The position numbers and the translations under genes were made by a program. From a bacterium (GTDB taxonomy: Bacteria; UBA8248), in NCBI GenBank assembly GCA_965203325.1, contig OZ241875.1:4290702-4354701 (forward strand): a stretch of 64,000 nucleotides of DNA, in the 5' to 3' direction. This document shows positions 61,940-64,000 of the stretch, piece after piece (within the stretch, counting starts at the first letter, position 1; each line of letters begins with the position of its first letter). The notes beneath the pieces are model-generated. The model made no database searches, had not been told where the DNA came from, and worked only from the letters and a program-made list of their open reading frames with translations.

Positions 61940-62764
61940 GTGAAATCGACCGCATCACATCTTATTCAGAGCCACAGGCTGGTAGCCCCTCAGGGTTCGT
62001 TCATGGAACATGTGGAGGTGATCCTCATCGGGGATGGACCTTACGTTCTCTTCGATGCGGGCTACCGCGAGTGTATTCCCGAGTTGCTCTCCTGGGTGGA
62101 AGCGCGCGCCGGGGATGCGCTGGAGAAACTCGTCCTGACGCACCACCACTTCGACCATTCCGGCGGCGCCGAGGCGGTTTGCGAGCGATTCAATGTTCCG
62201 GCCTACGCCCATCCCCTGGAGATGCGATTGCTCGAAGAGGAACAGCCGGGTCTATCGGTTTCTCCGATCAGGGAAGGGGAATTCGTCGAGTTGGGAGGCA
62301 TGCGCCTGGAAGCCGTTCTCACGCCGGGCCATTCTCCCGGACACCTTTCTTTCTGGTGGGAGGAGGAAAGGATTCTTTTGGGAGGCGACAATGTTTTGCT
62401 ACCCTCCACGACGGCGGTGACCGCGCCCAAGGGGAATCTGGGGGATTACCTCGAATCTCTGGAGAAGGTAAAGAAACTCGCGCCTCGCCTCATCTACCCC
62501 GGCCACGGCCCGGTGATCGAAGACCCGATTGGCCGCATCGACGAACTCATCGAACACCGCAAGATGCGCGATGAGCAGTATCTCGAAGCCTTGGAAGAGG
62601 GCCACGACACGCCGGCCAAGATAGCGGAACTGATATATAAGGACTTGCCGGAGCCCCAGAGAGACCTGGGCGCCCGCGTAATAGAACTGCATCTCGAAAG
62701 ATTCGTAAAATCCGGAGAAGTCGCTTGCGCCGACGGGCGCTATTCATTGACGGGTTCGATTTAG
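61940..62764 (+). CDS. MBL-fold metallo-hydrolase
   Basis: THHHFDHSGG (HxHxDH), downstream His/Asp ligands (TPGHSPGH, HGP). GTG 61940 is preceded by GAGAGAGGA; alternative ATG at 62003. Confidence 0.75.
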   Translation: MKSTASHLIQSHRLVAPQGSFMEHVEVILIGDGPYVLFDAGYRECIPELLSWVEARAGDALEKLVLTHHHFDHSGGAEAVCERFNVPAYAHPLEMRLLEEEQPGLSVSPIREGEFVELGGMRLEAVLTPGHSPGHLSFWWEEERILLGGDNVLLPSTTAVTAPKGNLGDYLESLEKVKKLAPRLIYPGHGPVIEDPIGRIDELIEHRKMRDEQYLEALEEGHDTPAKIAELIYKDLPEPQRDLGARVIELHLERFVKSGEVACADGRYSLTGSI

Positions 62765-62776
62765 GGGAGAGGGCTT

Positions 62777-63586
62777 TTGCTCACCAACTGTCACACGCTG
62801 GTTCTGCGGGCGCTGCTGGAGCGCCACCCCGAGATGCCTCATCCCGGGGATGACGCCTACGTCTACAACGTGGCGCCCGACTCCCTGCCCCTCTCGGGGG
62901 AATTCAAGCCCCGGGACACCCACCGCTTCGCCCCGCCTGAGGGCGTGATGGAGCGATTCCCGAAACTCTTGTGGGTGAAATGCCATCTGGTGGTCGACAA
63001 CCTGTGTCACTACGGGAGCGTCGCCAAGAAAAAGAGCGGATTGTCTCCCTCTCAAAAACAGGGTTACACCTACCGCAAGGGGGTTGAACTCATCCCATTG
63101 ATGCGCGAATTCACGCAAGAATTGGGCGTTGCGCCCGATGAGGCGAGTCTCCACTATCTTGCGCACGTTTTGGTCGAAATCGCAGTCGACTACGCCATCC
63201 ATCTCGACGACGGGACCGTGGGAGAGCAGCTTCGCGATGCGCAGGACGCGATGACGGAAGCGCAAAAACGCGACTACGCCGAGGGTCTCGGCGCCTTGTA
63301 TGGCTGTAAGCCTGAGAAAGTCGCGCGCGCGCGCGGCGCTCCCCGTAAGTTCTATGGAGATTGGCACGACGTGGAGCATCTCTTCGTGAATGGACGGACG
63401 AAAATCGTCCTGAGGAAGCTCGGGTTGCCCTTCAGCGAGGAGAACACGGAGCGGACGTGCCGCCTCATCGAAGAGGGGGCGCGGTTGACGAGCGATTACA
63501 TGGATTTCATCGATGAGTCCGTGGATGCGCTCTCGGATTGGGCGGCCTGGGAAGGAGAGGTCGCCATAGAGGGCGCGGGTTTTTGA
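62777..63586 (+). CDS. Hypothetical protein
   Basis: 269-aa ORF with TTG start preceded by GGGGAGAGGG. GC3-rich, no recognised family. Confidence 0.45.
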   Translation: MLTNCHTLVLRALLERHPEMPHPGDDAYVYNVAPDSLPLSGEFKPRDTHRFAPPEGVMERFPKLLWVKCHLVVDNLCHYGSVAKKKSGLSPSQKQGYTYRKGVELIPLMREFTQELGVAPDEASLHYLAHVLVEIAVDYAIHLDDGTVGEQLRDAQDAMTEAQKRDYAEGLGALYGCKPEKVARARGAPRKFYGDWHDVEHLFVNGRTKIVLRKLGLPFSEENTERTCRLIEEGARLTSDYMDFIDESVDALSDWAAWEGEVAIEGAGF

Positions 63587-63749
63587 CTTCGCGCACATCG
63601 CCGGTTAAACATTATGGAAATTATCCGTCCGTCTGCATGAGGACTTTGCCGGGCATTAGCCGGGCATTAGAAAAGGGGCATCCGGGCGAGGTAGACTGCC
63701 CCTGCGTTCGAGTGAGTATTTTTTCCGAGGGAAGCGGGGTGACGGGTGG

Positions 63750-63917
63750 TCAATCCTGGGCTGGCGGGCGTGGCGACAGCCAGCCTTCCATCACGCCTTC
63801 GATGTGTGATATCCGCGCATCGAGTCCGCTTATTTTTCGCCACAGGGAAAACCAGCCCAGTCCGAACAGGATGATCATCGGGAAGTTGGATTGATCCAGT
63901 AATGTGACCCAGTTCAT
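63750..63917 (-). CDS. Possible small membrane protein (55 aa), hypothetical
   Basis: MNWVTLLDQSNFPMIILFGLGWFSLWRKISGLDARISHIEGVMEGWLSPRPPAQD: one TM, AAGGA RBS 9 nt upstream. Below the track length cutoff. Confidence 0.25.
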   Translation of the reverse strand: MNWVTLLDQSNFPMIILFGLGWFSLWRKISGLDARISHIEGVMEGWLSPRPPAQD

Positions 63918-64000
63918 TGTATTCTATCCTTATAAAAGAAATGTAACTGGGTCCCCAGATACAATTAAGTCCTAGCACATATGTTCAAGGACATCAATTC

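Noticed and set aside
63667-63978. 103-aa minus-strand ORF at the window end
   Set aside because: Its translation is unstructured. The overlapping short 55-aa TM ORF (63750-63917) in another frame, which has an RBS, is the more plausible coding region.
1-64000. CRISPR arrays, tRNA/rRNA genes, transposases/integrases or phage genes
   Set aside because: No direct-repeat/spacer periodicity, no cloverleaf-like candidates, and no recognisable transposase, integrase or phage-structural motifs were seen in any frame. The segment looks like core or accessory metabolic chromosome.

Overview
The window is a GC-rich (~65%) bacterial chromosomal segment with about 65 protein-coding genes densely packed on both strands. 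I found no rRNA, tRNA, CRISPR array or obvious mobile element. It appears to come from a Gram-negative respiratory or anaerobic organism. It carries a cytochrome c maturation (Ccm System I) cluster with deltaproteobacterial/archaeal-style variants, a membrane multiheme cytochrome, a copper-efflux operon, a 12-TM transporter-HEAT-cNMP fusion protein, a lone ilvC, two ABC importers and a sulfolactate-lyase-like cluster.

Regions in order: (i) 1-9436 minus-strand operon: membrane multiheme cytochrome c, 1135-aa transporter/HEAT/cNMP-binding fusion protein, ATP-grasp-like protein, DUF1611-like P-loop protein, ATP-grasp ligase. (ii) 9.6-14 kb: DppC/A/B-type peptide ABC transporter lacking ATPases, with an HDAC/APAH-family amidohydrolase. 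(iii) 14-18.6 kb: TetR - HtrA/DegP - CopA - CopZ copper/envelope-stress operon. (iv) 18.6-24.3 kb: redox and hydrolase genes, plus a DUF3090/SCO1664-family gene pair. (v) 24.3-29.6 kb: SuyA/SuyB-like split UxaA-family lyase flanked by two Ldh2-family dehydrogenases. (vi) 29.8-37.6 kb: ADH/SDR/OYE redox trio and a LivKHMGF branched-chain amino acid ABC importer. (vii) 37.6-42.5 kb: triple-RidA fusion protein, SDR, hydrolase, delta-9 desaturase with an Ala/Glu/Lys-rich tail. (viii) 42.7-43.9 kb: monocistronic ilvC with consensus promoter and terminator. (ix) 44.0-52.1 kb: variant Ccm System I (ccmE[Cys-type]-F-x-x-A-B-C-D-H-G-G'). (x) 52.3-55 kb: third Ldh2 paralog, tartrate/isopropylmalate-DH-like gene and a cupin. 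(xi) 55.1-61.6 kb: CapA-family gene plus an ABC importer with two tandem paralogous ATPases. (xii) 61.9-64 kb: MBL-fold hydrolase and hypothetical genes.

All domain and family names come from reading the translated sequence and recalling motifs, not from database searches. Most long ORFs in the supplied track that overlap these genes on the opposite strand are GC-driven shadow ORFs.
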